Part shown: positions 39,896-53,700 of the stretch, piece after piece
Numbering within the stretch: position 1 is the stretch's first letter
Layout: each line of letters opens with the position of its first letter
DNA from: Phoronis australis
Taxonomy: Eukaryota > Animalia > Phoronida
DNA length: 64,000 bases
Direction: 5' to 3'
NCBI GenBank assembly: GCA_002633005.1
Contig: NMRA01000717.1
Coordinates: 22,407-86,406, forward strand
Notes under the pieces: model-generated
What the model was told of the DNA's origin: nothing
Seen by the model: only the letters and a program-made list of their open reading frames with translations
The model's database searches: none
Program-made: the position numbers and the translations under genes

Positions 39896-42800
39896 TGGCC
39901 TCCACAGCTAGGGCGGACATGAGAGATTCGGTACAAATGTGGTAGCATCGGGAGCACGGGGACGTAGGGGGAAAGGGGGGTGACGGAGGTAGTGGCGATG
40001 GGGAGACTTGTTTGGCGAAGTCGGAATGGTTTGTGCTCCTCCAATATTTTTTGCCTTCCTACGGGCCTGTAACTACAATGAAAACTGAGTTAGTAATAAT
40101 TTTGAATTTGCTTCGTTCCGATTCAAAGCACTTCACGTAATCATCGAGCCGTTCCCAGCCAAACTTCGCCCGAGTGGTATTTGCGTAGATGACAGGATTG
40201 TGCAGACGATTAGCGGAAGCTTTGTGTTACTCGTCGGCATTGAACACACGTCGTGGTGGCTACACCGTAGGGTGACAAGGTAGTCTAGTAGTAAATGTCT
40301 ATACCTCATGACCGCGTTTTCCCGTTCAGTGACTTTACCAGACGTAGGCGGTTCTGAGCGTGTGATAACATCTAGCTTCTTTGTTAACTGCCAAGCACAG
40401 TCTTTTGTCTGTTACGACAACAAGCAGGCCAATTATCTAGCAGGCTTATTACAGACCACCGTGTGAACACAGCCAAACTCAGAGTGAATTGGTGTATTCT
40501 GAAAGAATAGATTGTCTAACTTCGGTTGCAGTTGGGCGATTTTGGTGATTCACTTGAAAAGCTAAACATGATCACCATTTGACGAAGATTTCAGAAATGC
40601 TATTGGTTTATGTTCAAATATGTTATAACTCAACTTTTATTTTTAACAGCGCAACCCAGTCACTGTAGATACGATCTTATTGGCGATTAGAGCAACTATC
40701 GAACAAAAGAGAGCTATTCTTCCAACCATGCCAGAGTGGAGTTAATCAGTCGCGTAGGAAGATATTGGCTACAGGGGTAAACTTCCCAACTTGTTGTTAG
40801 TCAGTTGGGAGCAACGGGAAAACGCCGTAACGTAGCTAAGCTATACAGCAGCTAGAAAGCTCCCAAAAGTATAGTGCGGCGTGAATGCTTTAAACAAATC
40901 GACCAAGAAACAAACAGGTAAAAAATAGATTTGTTATGTAATATTGCCTGCTAGCATAGTACGGTAAAGGGCATGCATTTTCAAATTTGGAATTGAAAGT
41001 GTTCGTCAAATATGTTGTTTATCCAGTGCCACTTCGATTGTGGCCTGGTGGATTGACATGCATGGGTGTACAGACGTGTGTGTGCGTTTCCGTCCTTTTA
41101 AATTCATTCAATACAAGCCGACGGTTAATTAACTATATACAGCCCTCCGTCGTTGCTCAAAACCAGAATTTAACTATAACCGTGTTTTCATACACTGAGA
41201 AAACTCCGACGACCATGTTCACTGATTTTTGGGGAAGAGTAGGTCTAGACCCAATAAAAACTTTGGTCAATGAAGAAAGACTTCTCTTGTCAATAGTAAC
41301 AATGATGCACAGCCTCACAGACTTAGTCATATGAGCAACAAACTTGATGGAAAAGATTTCGAAGGTTAAAATAAATGCCAGGTGACTATTCCGAAGGTTC
41401 GCTATTTCGGAAGGTCCACTGCGGGCTCCGAAGGTTCGCCACCTTCGAACCACCCCCGGCGCAATCATGCTGGCTACGGTACCACACCGACCGATTGTGT
41501 TAGCCGGTCAGCTTTCACGGAGGTTCGTAATGAGGGCTGGCAATATCTGAAATCATTTCCATGCAATGAGAGTTATGTAAACGTACAAATTCCAGTTTCT
41601 GAATGCATTAGCCTACAATGTACGCGTTACCACTTTGTCTTTACAGAAACAAAATGTCAAAAAGACAGACATGTTCATAGGAAAACAATGACCAGTAGAA
41701 TGTCTTGACATAAATACTCAAAGCCGGCATTAATCAAGTCTGGTGCCACAAACATCGACTTTCTTCAGATCCCAGGCCTATCTGCCGTTTCAAAGCAATT
41801 CGGTCATCGCGCTTTTTGCACGGAGATTGATCACAAGTATGAGGTGAGAATTGCACCATGAATTCTTGAGTATTCAATATTGTAAGTTTTCTTTTCATAT
41901 GAGAAAACTTATAAAAAGCTAGACATATGTAACTATAAAAACAAGACAGAACATTGTCAATGCAAGATTAAACTGAGAAGAAACAACAGAGCTTAAGTTA
42001 AAAGAAAACAAGAACAGTCTAACAGCACAAATGAAGTATATTTACATTTCATATTTAAGTACAAAATCCAACATTTTAATAAAACCAAAACGGAAAATAT
42101 AAATAAACAAAAGCAACAGCTAATACATTTTGAATATTTTAACAAACATCAGTTTCAACTAAGGAATCTTCAGGAGTGTAGATCAGTCCCAGCAAACCAC
42201 AGCAGAACAACAGACTGATGATTTTCCTGTAAAAAATAATTCATTCAAAACACTGACAGACATTTTTACTTTCACAAACACTGCACCTCAAATAATCCAT
42301 CAGGGCACAAACCATTGCTTTGGGTTTGCTGAAGCTTTTGTCAGTAGGGATTTATTTGCCATCTGAATACATGTGAGAACCCGTTCATTCCGTTTTTCCA
42401 GTTAATTCATACCTCTTACTCCTCAACACTGATGGATTTACACTTTACTTGTATAAATTGTCACATGGTCAGGTTTCAGTTAGAGCAAGCACGCTGCTCC
42501 ACTGTGATGAACCCAACTTGCAGAGAGACCTTATTACACAGCGTAGTGGCAATCACCAGTGACCATGCCATTTTGGTAAAATTTAACGAAAAAGAAAGGT
42601 ATTTTGAGAGCAAAACAATGGTATCAAAAATATGACCACAGCTCATTTGACGAAATCTCAAAAAAGCTGACTAAGTTTTCCAACTTATCTTTTCGTTTTC
42701 ATTACATACAACTTTTGATTATGATTTTATGAAAATCACAGAAGACCTGCTTTTGATAACCCCTCATGCAAAAGATGAACATTTTAAACACAATTCCTAA

Positions 42801-44007
42801 CATCCCCTTGTAGAACAGTGCATAAATCATAGTATATAAAAGTTTCAAATGAATCCAATAACGCATTTCTGAGATAAGATATGCCGAAGTTAGTCAAAGT
42901 TGGGCATTTTTTTAGGGTACTATGTAACCTTAAACTGCATTGTTCATAGTTGGGTATAATAAGTATGCTATCAAAGAACATTTAGTCTACAAAAATAATT
43001 GAAGCTCACTTTGTCCTTCACTTCCTAGTGTAAGTGCTTTATATGTTCTCTTCTTAGATCAGATTGTACACATACATGTATGTAAATTTCCATGAGTTTT
43101 GCCGCGGCATGAAGTTTCACATTATTTTGTGCAAGCTTCACTAAATTGTACTACCATTATTACAGTCAATTTCTTGTATTTCTTGGCCATCACAATGTTT
43201 TGGTATTTTGAATAGTTATAATTATATATTCTTCTAAGGACTGATCCCAAGTTGAATTTCAGTAATTCATAAGGTGGATATTCGCTCTCAAAGTTCTGCA
43301 GAACACTTTTTCTTGTTTGTGCACTACAACCCTTCTGATAAACTGAATTTCACCTTACACAGTCTCCCTGAAAGTCCAGTTGGACCTGACTTATGAAATT
43401 CTTTTAGAAATCTCACAAATTTTGGACACAGTCTGGTGGAAAAGTGTAATTTGTAATTTTTCATAACAGATATGTAACACCAAGCAAGAACTTAATAATT
43501 TTCAAGTTCTGTATCTTAGTTACCACTTGATACCTTGAAAGATTGTGAACATTCAAAAACATTTTAGAAGCCTTTGAAAAATGTAAACGATCAATTTCAA
43601 CAATAATTGATATTTGTCTTAAGTTAATGAATTTCTGTACTGTACCTACTCCACACCTAAGAATGGATAAACCATGCGTACTTATTAAGAAATCCTTCCA
43701 AAAACCAGGTGTATCAGACCTTTTACTCTCACAAAATTGGTCACATAACACGCCTAACTTAGATACGATTCTATTTCCATCACCAACAAGATCATTGAAA
43801 CTTTAAACGAATCAAAAAATGCATTTTACACTTATTGGGGTCGGCTAACCCTAAAAGTGCGTTTTCGAAAATGGTGCACCTACATATTGACTGTGACTTG
43901 AGTCGCCAACTCATTCTGAAACATCAGTAACAATTCAACACTGACGGCTAAACAGAGGCAAAATGCAGTTTAAATAAAAATATAAATCTGTTCAATACCT
44001 GTGAGCC

Positions 44008-44536
44008 TCATAGCTTCATTGCCCTACCCTTGGTTTCTATGGGCAACACCAAGGAAGCACATGCAGCCACCAAACACATGCATATATACACTGTGATGGT
44101 CATGTGTACCGACTGCTTCAGGAGAAGCTGGGAAATGAATGTATGGTCATTGTTATATTTTACAACGAAGGTAAATATTACATATTCAACTACTGTAAAA
44201 GAAAGTTGCATGACTCCTGAATTTCATTTGATGGCACAATGCAACTTTGAACTGTTTCAGGAAGCAAAGTTGTAAACTTGTAGTGAAAACATTTAAAAAA
44301 ACACTAGATAAATATAGCCCAATGCGAATTTGTGTGGTAATACCAATGTTGAAACTTCCTATGTACCAAAAGATGAGTAAAGCAACTATGGAAATACACT
44401 GAAATACAGAAAAGATATTGAAAGACTACAAAATTTTAAAATTCACCTGAGCAACGAAGGGTGTGACGATTGCCCCCACTCTGGCTGCTCCACTGCAAAT
44501 GCCCAAGCCAAGCGCACGCACCGAGGTTGGGTAAAC
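44008..44536 (-). CDS. SVOP: Duplicate (probably allelic) copies of paralogue B exons 14 (44447-44536) and 15 (44008-44127)
   Basis: Offset 3654, in the block duplicated across N44552. Confidence 0.7.
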
Positions 44537-45823
44537 CTGGATACATTAGCTNGCAAATATCGGATTAAGGGTAGCTGTCCTCAGAGCACCCCCGCTAGTG
44601 ACACGCCCATTTTAGAAACCCGTTTTTATACTTTAGGCCTAATACACATGATAAAACAACGCCTTAATAAGAATAGGAAGCCCGGCCTCGCTCAAAAACA
44701 CTGTCGGTAGATGCCGTTGGGTGTTGCGCGAACATTTCTCAAGTTCAAAACGGAGTTTGGGGGGGTCTCCTATTGCCTGTGCAGAATCGCTTGAGAGTTC
44801 CTCAAATGGTCAAACTGTGGCATAATTTTTTGAATAATTATTTCAGATACCTGTATGCAATGAACTTATATAAGTAACACAGTGGAAAAAACCGCGTTCA
44901 CTATTTAATGACGTACATTGTTAATGACTTACTAGCCACATGTGCAGCAGTGTCATACCTTTCAGTAACAAACTATACACTTTCAATACGGCTGGTTCGA
45001 GTCTGCCACCGCCAGTTCGTGGTGGCCCTATTAATTATAAAAGCAACAACAAAAAATTGTCACAGAACCAATGGCAGTCAGGACTCGGACAAACCAATAA
45101 AATCGTTGTTATTAAAGATCACGAGTTTTATCTTATTCACCGAGTCTGTGCATCTAGCCAAATCAAATATCTATTAATTGATTTATCTCGGGAATATGCC
45201 TAGGCCTACCACGAATGTAGGAGGCCTGTAGATTTTTTAAATTAAAATTATTGACTATCTATTCAATCTGCAAAGTGTTTGCCTCACGCGTTACCACTTT
45301 GTCTTTACAGAAACAAAATGTCAAAAAGACAGACAAGTTCATAGAAAAACAATGACCAGTAGAATGTCTTGATATAAATACTCAAAGCCGGCATAAATCA
45401 AGTCTGGTGCCACAAACATCGACTTTCTTCAGATCCCAGGCCTATCTGCCGTTTCAAAGCAACTCGGTCATCGCGCTTTTTGCAGGGAGATTGATCACAA
45501 GTGTGAGGTGAGAATTGCACCATGAATTCTTGAGTATTCAATATTGTAAGTTTTCTTTTCATATGAGAAAAAGCTAGACATATGTAACTATAAAAACAAG
45601 ACAGAACATTGTCAATGCACGATTACACTGAGAAGAAACAACAAAGCTTAAGTCAAAAGAAAACAAGATCAGTCTAACAGCACAAGAAGTATATTTACAT
45701 TTCATGTTTAAGTACAAAATCCAAAAGTTTAATAAAACCAAAACAGAAAGTATAAATAAACAAAAAACAACAGCTAATACATTTTGAACATTTTAACAAA
45801 CATCAGTTTCAACTAAGGAATCT

Positions 45824-45880
45824 TCAGTAGTGTAGATCAGTCCCAGCAAACCACAGCAGAACAACAGACTGATGACTTTC
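45824..45880 (-). other. Probable terminal exon 16 of paralogue B, now downstream of the stop (would read ESHQSVVLLWFAGTDLHY*); copy at 42170-42226
   Basis: Strong acceptor ttattttttacag|GAAAGTCATCAG. ESH resembles the ESSH that follows KGRGLQ in vertebrate SVOP (from memory). Confidence 0.5.
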
Positions 45881-47661
45881 CTGTAAAAAATAATTCATGC
45901 AAAACACTGACAGACATTTTTACATTCACATACACTGCACCTCAAATAATCCATCATGGCACATACCATTGCTTTGGATTTGCTGAAGCTTTTGTCAGTA
46001 GTGATTTATTTGCCATCTGAATACATGTGAGAACCCGTTCATTCCGTTTTTCCAGTTAATCCATACCTCTTACTCCTCAACACTGATGGATTTACACTTT
46101 ACTTGTATAAATTGTCACATGGTCAGGTTTCAGTTAGAGCAAGCACACTGCTCCACTGTGATGAACCCAACTTGCAGAGAGATCTTATTACACAGCGTAG
46201 TGACAATCACCAGTGACCATGTCACTTTGGTAAAATTTAGCGAAAAATAAAGGAATTTTGAGAGCAAGACAATGGTATCAAAAATATGACCACAGCTCAT
46301 TTGACGAAATCTCAAAAAAGCTGACAAAGTTTTCCAACTTATCATTTCGTTTTCATTACATGCAACTTTTGATTATGATTTTATGAAAATCACAGAAGAC
46401 CTGCTTTTGATAACCCCTCATGCAAAAGATGAACATTTTAAACACAATTCCTAACATCCCCTTGTAGAACAGTGCATAAATCATAGTATATAAAAGTTTC
46501 AAATGAATCCAATAACGCATTTCTGAGATAAGATATGCCGAAGTTAGTCAAAGTTGGGCATTTTTTTAGGGTACTATGTAACCTTAAACTGCATTGTTCA
46601 TAGTTGGGTATAATAAGTATGCTATCAAAGAACATTTAGTCTACAAAAATAATTGAAGCTCACTTTGTCCTTCACTTCCTAGTGTAAGTGCTTTATATGT
46701 TCTCTTCTTAGATCAGATTGTACACATACATGTATGTAAATTTCCATGAGTTTTGCCGCGGCATGAAGTTTCACATTATTTTGTGCAAGCTTCACTAAAT
46801 TGTACTACCATTATTACAGTCAATTTCTTGTATTTCTTGGCCATCACAATGTTTTGGTATTTTGAATAGTTATAATTATATATTCTTCTAAGGACTGATC
46901 CCAAGTTGAATTTCAGTAATTCATAAGGTGGATATTCGCTCTCAAAGTTCTGCAGAACACTTTTTCTTGTTTGTGCACTACAACCCTTCTGATAAACTGA
47001 ATTTCACCTTACACAGTCTCCCTGAAAGTCCAGTTGGACCTGACTTATGAAATTCTTTTAGAAATCTCACAAATTTTGGACACAGTCTGGTGGAAAAGTG
47101 TAATTTGTAATTTTTCATAACAGATATGTAACACCAAGCAAGAACTTAATAATTTTCAAGTTCTGTATCTTAGTTACCACTTGATACCTTGAAAGATTGT
47201 GAACATTCAAAAACATTTTAGAAGCCTTTGAAAAATGTAAACGATCAATTTCAACAATAATTGATATTTGTCTTAAGTTAATGAATTTCTGTACTGTACC
47301 TACTCCACACCTAAGAATGGATAAACCATGCGTACTTATTAAGAAATCCTTCCAAAAACCAGGTGTATCAGACCTTTTACTCTCACAAAATTGGTCACAT
47401 AACACGCCTAACTTAGATACGATTCTATTTCCATCACCAACAAGATCATTGAAACTTTAAACGAATCAAAAAATGCATTTTACACTTATTGGGGTCGGCT
47501 AACCCTAAAAGTGCGTTTTCGAAAATGGTGCACCTACATATTGACTGTGACTTGAGTCGCCAACTCATTCTGAAACATCAGTAACAATTCAACACTGACG
47601 GCTAAACAGAGGCAAAATGCAGTTTAAATAAAAATATAAATCTGTTCAATACCTGTGAGCC

Positions 47662-47781
47662 TCATAGCTTCATTGCCCTACCCTTGGTTTCTATGGGCAA
47701 CACCAAGGAAGCACATGCAGCCACCAAACACATGCATATATACACTGTGATGGTCATGTGTACCGACTGCTTCAGGAGAAG
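47662..47781 (-). CDS. SVOP: Paralogue B exon 15 ([39 protein letters not shown]); second copy at 44008-44127
   Basis: tcccag| acceptor, LPIETKG motif, TGA at 47662-47664. Confidence 0.92.
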   Translation of the reverse strand, partial: LLLKQSVHMTITVYICMCLVAACASLVLPIETKGRAMKL

Positions 47782-50700
47782 CTGGGAAATGAATGTATGG
47801 TCATTGTTATATTTTACAACGAAGGTAAATATTACATATTCAACTACTGTAAAAGAAAGTTGCATGACTCCTGAATTTCATTTGATGGCACAATGCAACT
47901 TTGAACTGTTTCAGGAAGCAAAGTTGTAAACTTGTAGTGAAAACATTTAAAAAAACACTAGATAAATATAGCCCAATGCGAATTTGTGTGGTAATACCAA
48001 TGTTGAAACTTCCTATGTACCAAAAGATGAGTAAAGCAACTATGGAAATACACTGAAATACAGAAAAGATATTGAAAGACTACAAAATTTTAAAATTCAC
48101 CTGAGCAACGAAGGGTGTGACGATTGCCCCCACTCTGGCTGCTCCACTGCAAATGCCCAAGCCAAGCGCACGCACCGAGGTTGGGTAAACCTGGATACAT
48201 TAGCTCTAGATGTAAATTTAGCTACTGTCGACAGTTTATATGAATAAACAAAAAAGTTTTGATTCAACACAAAAGGGTCTAACAAAACCAAAGCATTGTT
48301 TAAAGTACTTAAAATTACCAATTTCATATCAAAAACACCAAAAATAATCCCACCAGTCAATTAGCAGTCAAATTAGAACATTCGCAAACACTGTTTGATG
48401 ATATGTTAATTAGCTCATCTCGAGTTATGAGCATTTATTGGTCGATACATTCTAACTGAAATTGGGACAACCAATCACATCGTTTTTTGTGAAAAGTCCT
48501 CAGATATTGCTGCATGTTTCCCATGGTTTATGGTGCAATAAAAAATGGCAAGAAGTTGCATTTGTGGTGGTTGTAACAACTTAGTATTTGGCCACCCTTT
48601 GGCTCTTTTCACTTTCCCGTGGGACAATGGAAAAACCGGAGATATGGCACATGTTTGTACAAGAAACTGGTGTGTTGGTGGACATGACACACTGGCATTA
48701 GGTAAGTTCATAAGTCACACTCATGTCTGTGGGGCTACAAAACTTTCAGCTCATGCGCACACCCAGGGGGGGCTTGGGGGCTCGAATGAGCCCCCCATTT
48801 GACGAAGTGGACAAAAAGGCCTGCCTCAGAGAAACAAAAAGTCCGAGACAAAAGTCCCCTAAAAAGGCGCAGACGCACATTTCACAGTCCTGAAGATTGT
48901 ACCTTTTTTAGTCCTCCCACTTTTTTGTCAGGAAAAGGTCCACTTCGTCAGAAATTCGAGCCCCCCCATATTAAAGGCTGGATGCACGCATGCAAATGAA
49001 GTCGCATTTCTTCTACTTTCTCATTTTTGTGATACTGATTTCACGATTGTGATATGCAGTGTTGTAGAGGAAGGTTTCATGATGGTGACAATGTAGTCAA
49101 CTGTGGCCACTGTTTTTTCGTGCGAGGATGGGGGTAAACACCGAAACATGACAATGTCGTCACTTGTCAAAATAAGATAAAGGGTGGCTTTAAGCCGATT
49201 TTAATATTTCACAATACTGCAAGTTTGCATCCTTAAGCTTGAACAGACATGAAGTTCGTTCATTGATGTGGCAACAGGATGTGACATCACAAACCTGAGT
49301 TACTATCACTGAAAAGTGTGACTATGATAATTATGAAAATTGCTCTATGTGACTCCACTAAAATAAAGTGAAAGAATCACAAGGGTCTCTTTGAGTGCAG
49401 CTACTCTCCTGGGCAACAACTCTTGTTATTTGACTGGTTCCCAATGACAATTTCCGGCCCATAAACCAATCAGATGTCTGAGCGGGTTGACCGCTGATTG
49501 AAAATGATGCGAGTAAATCAGGTGTAGCCTAAAATCATTTAGTATAAATGGTATAAATGTAGTTACAACTAATAAGAAATGCTGTACCTCTGGAGTATAG
49601 ACATAAGCAGCCTGAAAGGCACCTGTGATAAATGCTCTGGCGACGAATATGAAGGTTATCGTCACAGTTCTGAAAAATAATGTCAGTTGTACCGCACATA
49701 TACATATACCCTGTACAATAAACGCACAAGCAAGACGTGAAATAACTGGTCTACTGACAAATAACTACTGACAAATAGTCGTGTGTGATGGACTACTTTC
49801 TCTGTTATAAATGACAGGTACGTTATAATGTGACTCGATTGTGCTTTTCCTGAACATTCTAATTCTGTATAGATTGGGCTAACTAAACAGACTTGTCGAA
49901 AAAGTGCTGCACTGTATAAGCTTAATGTCACGCGGTGTTACTGAATTGTAAATATGGCCGCCGAAAAAAGTTTCATTATATGACTGTTGTGTTGACATTC
50001 AAGGCATCTCACCATTCACTTAAAAGTAGTCCCATTGCCAGACCTGGCATAATTACCATGTTTATTGCCCCCACAAGTGGAATGTTTAATAAACTATTGA
50101 AATCGCTGATAAAAGCATGTCAAGTTTATAGTCCCTGTAACCCCTGAGATTCTATCAGGATCATTTCGCGTTATGACTGAAACAGAATTCAACCTGCTCA
50201 CCAGGTATTTTTAGGGTTTGTTTGTAAATATTTTTAATTTCTGTTCATATCACAAGTATTAATTTTTCTTTTAGTTCCAAACTCAAAAAAAATGATCTGT
50301 CAACTGCTTGCCACTTCGTCGATTTTTCTCCCATAAGGCAAAGCACATCTCCTTATTTGGTATGGCAAGACGTGGACGAAGCACATTTCCCTTATATAGA
50401 AAATGTGACCTTGGTCCTCGAGCAATTTCAAGCAGCTGACTGTGAGCACATGCGCGCATTTATCGTAAGTGGGAGGGAGATTAGAAACTCTGTGGTAAGC
50501 ACAGTTTTTCCTTTGCGCACATTTCAAAAATCGTGAATTTTGTGATTTTTTCTGGAAATTTCCTTACAGGGGAAAGTGAATTAATGTGTACTAGACCTTG
50601 ACAGATGAAACTTTCATCAGGAATTGTTTAAAAAATAAAATGTTTTTTACAAGCTTGCAACTTCCACGCCTCTTTAATGTTTACTTCTAAAACATTTAAT

Positions 50701-53700
50701 ACATTTCAGTAAGTATGACATAACAGCATCAACTTAAGCAAACTTTCAAAAATTGAACAAAATTATATTATATTTCTTTTTTGCTTAACCATCTGATACA
50801 GATGCACTCACTTGGAAGCACAAAGACCAATCAGAGCCACAAAGATACTGAATGCCACAAATTCTGTACACATTGTTTTCTTGCGTCCAAGCAGCTCAAT
50901 CACTATAAGAGTCAACAACAGGCCTGAAAAATAACAAAAAGGACAAAAACATTAGCTAGCATCAAGTCTAGAATATTTTCAACAGCTATGGGTTAAATTA
51001 ATAAAAGTGAAGCATTTTTGTTTCAGCAGGCTACATCAACTGACAATCTGGGCTCAGCTATTCACAATTCAAAAGGGGTTATATAAACAATTACATGCAT
51101 CTTCTTAACTGAAAACCATTTGCTAAGCTGTGTTCAGTTACACAGTCCACTTGAGACAGCTGCACAGCTTATAGCAGGGTTCACAGACAACTGATTTCAC
51201 TGACCTAATTTCAAAACGTCCAATGTGTGCATGTAGCACCCATGATGTACAGCCTTCAGCAAAACTATAAGCCGCTTTGCACAATTGAGTTATACCTCCC
51301 AAGTCCAAAATGATAGCTTACTTTAAAACTGCTAAATTTACTAAATTTACAATTCAATCCGTACAACTGGTCTCAATACTTAACATTAATACAATGAGTT
51401 TAGTTTTAGAATTGTAACTTGAACTCATCAAAAAACAACTGATTCCAAACAGACTGAATCCTTTACATTTCCCCAGAGAGGAACAGTTTTTTTGTTCCAT
51501 CCAGTATAATCAAAAAGTCTGTTTGCTTTCTGTTGTGGATTCTACATTAACACTGCTAGTAAAAATAGGTGATATAGCACCAGGAACATTGTTCATTACA
51601 GTAATTACACCACCACCACCTCCACCATCCCCACCCCCACCATNCCACCACCACCCCAATAACGACCCGAATCATTAGTAGTAAAAGTAATAGTAATAAT
51701 ACTAACAGCATGGTATATGGTAATTAGACCTTAAAACAATTCTATCTAATTATGTTCAACACCTACAATATAAATTGTTATACACATAACATTGTGAGTG
51801 ACACCATAAACCACATGTAATACCTGGGAACTCGGCCATAGTAGTCCACAACAGTAACCCATAGTCAGATGTAGTCAGCAGTTCACACTCCAATAAACAG
51901 CCTGCCTCTAACACATCTGCAGTGCCTGAAGTGTGTGTGAGAAATACAGTCTGTAGGACTACACAATAGCCAACAATTTCATGCAAATTGAAACAGGGAT
52001 AATTTTCCAAATGAAGAAGTTTTAACTTTTTTCCTTGTCAGAAATATGTTACTGAATGCAGTTTTCAAAAAAAAAAAACCAAACCATTCATAGACTTTGT
52101 CCAATACAGATTTTTTCATGGTCTCAAACAGAGGTAATTCCAATAGTTACAAATCCCAAAGTTCACATTATAAACTAACAAAAGCAACGCAAAGCATTTA
52201 AAAAGCATCAATGACTCTAATGCAAACGGTTTGCTTCTAGGGATGTTTATTAGTGTTAAAAATGACCATAGAAGGCACAGCCAAATCCATCCCATACAAA
52301 AAACAATGGGTATCGTCATCACAAAAGAAACTTGTTGGCCAAATTTAATGAAAACCGTCAAAAAACTCTGAAAATACAGAGGCAAATGTAAAAACTTAAA
52401 CTGACACCAAAGGGTAAAGCAGTAGTCAGTCAGAACTGTACAAACGTTGTAGGCAACCACAGTGACATTTATACTTTTTTGGCACAATTTCACAAAGATC
52501 ATTCAAAGGAAATACTGCCTAAAATGCAAAAAAGACAAAATTGTCAACAAGAGGCACCACAGCCGTTTTGTCTAAAAATTAACTCTTTCTTAACAAGAAC
52601 ACATCTGTCAAGTTTTTAAATATTCCTTTAAGCAGTTTGGCAGATAAAGACAGCTTGAAAATTTAAAAAATGGCCACTAGGTGGCGCAGAATCGTCAAAC
52701 ACGTCTGAAAATGGAAGGGTGTCGTTGTCTCCCTACTAGAAATCTATAAATGCCAAATTTCATGAAAATCCACCCAAGAATTCCGAAGATACAGATTGAG
52801 GTAACTATAAACTATAAAAAGCTAAAATTGCTACTAGGGGGCACAGTGGTATTTGGACCAGTCCCGAAAATCAGTGGTCATTTGTTGTCAGCTTCTTAGG
52901 GAACACACCTGTCAAATCTTATTAACATCCTGCAAGGAGGTTAGGAAAGCAGCAGCGGAGGCCAGAAGGACGCTGGACCCCCCAGACAGATGACGGCAAT
53001 ATTCACCGACATATAAATATGTGGGCACATTAACTATTCAGATGTCTAAACTGAAGGTAAGAACACAAAATAAATTCCATCTATAGTCTGACGCAAAATG
53101 CTCTCCAAGAAAACTGCATCTATGAGTAATACATTCCAAACACAGAACTAAACCAGAGTCAACCAAGCATTTTGGCCGAAATTGTCACAACAGCAAACAT
53201 CATTGGTCAATATAAAGGATAACTGAAACACTCACTTACTGGGACAGTCTCCATCCCCAGATGCCTCCAGAAATACAGGGTAACTGAAACACTCACTTAC
53301 TGGGACAGCCTCCATCCCCTGATGCCTCCAGAAACTGTGTAGCCAGAAGCACAATGCCGTAGTAAGAGAATGAACAGGCAAACCTACAACAGAGGGCAGA
53401 GCAAACACTGATGGCAGGACACAGTATGTGTATTTACCAAGCCTGTTCTCATTTTCAGTTTTAGAGGAATTTTTCGTTTGATGGGACTGATCATGTTCTC
53501 TTCTAAACACAAGCAAATATATAAGAAAGAGTATCATGTAACCTTATCAGTATGTCTACACAATCATTTAGCTACTATGTATATGCTGAGAAAAGATACA
53601 GGGCTGCCAACCCATTGAGGACATAATCTGTAACATTCATGTTAAAAATCGGTATTTTACAAGTGAAAATTTGTACGATTTCCAACATTTTCAAAAAGTT

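Larger units (their letters stand above)
41622..48205. repeat. Direct duplication (41622-44551 and 45286-48205) across N44552
   Basis: About 2.9 kb, near-identical. The left copy ends at the N. Confidence 0.88.

Noticed and set aside
40650-40745. Plus-strand exon-like segment after a strong acceptor (RNPVTVDTILLAIRATIEQK...)
   Set aside because: No partner exons or recognisable homology were found.
51610-51660. N at 51644 as another duplication junction
   Set aside because: It sits in a (cca)n/C-rich low-complexity tract with no flanking duplication.
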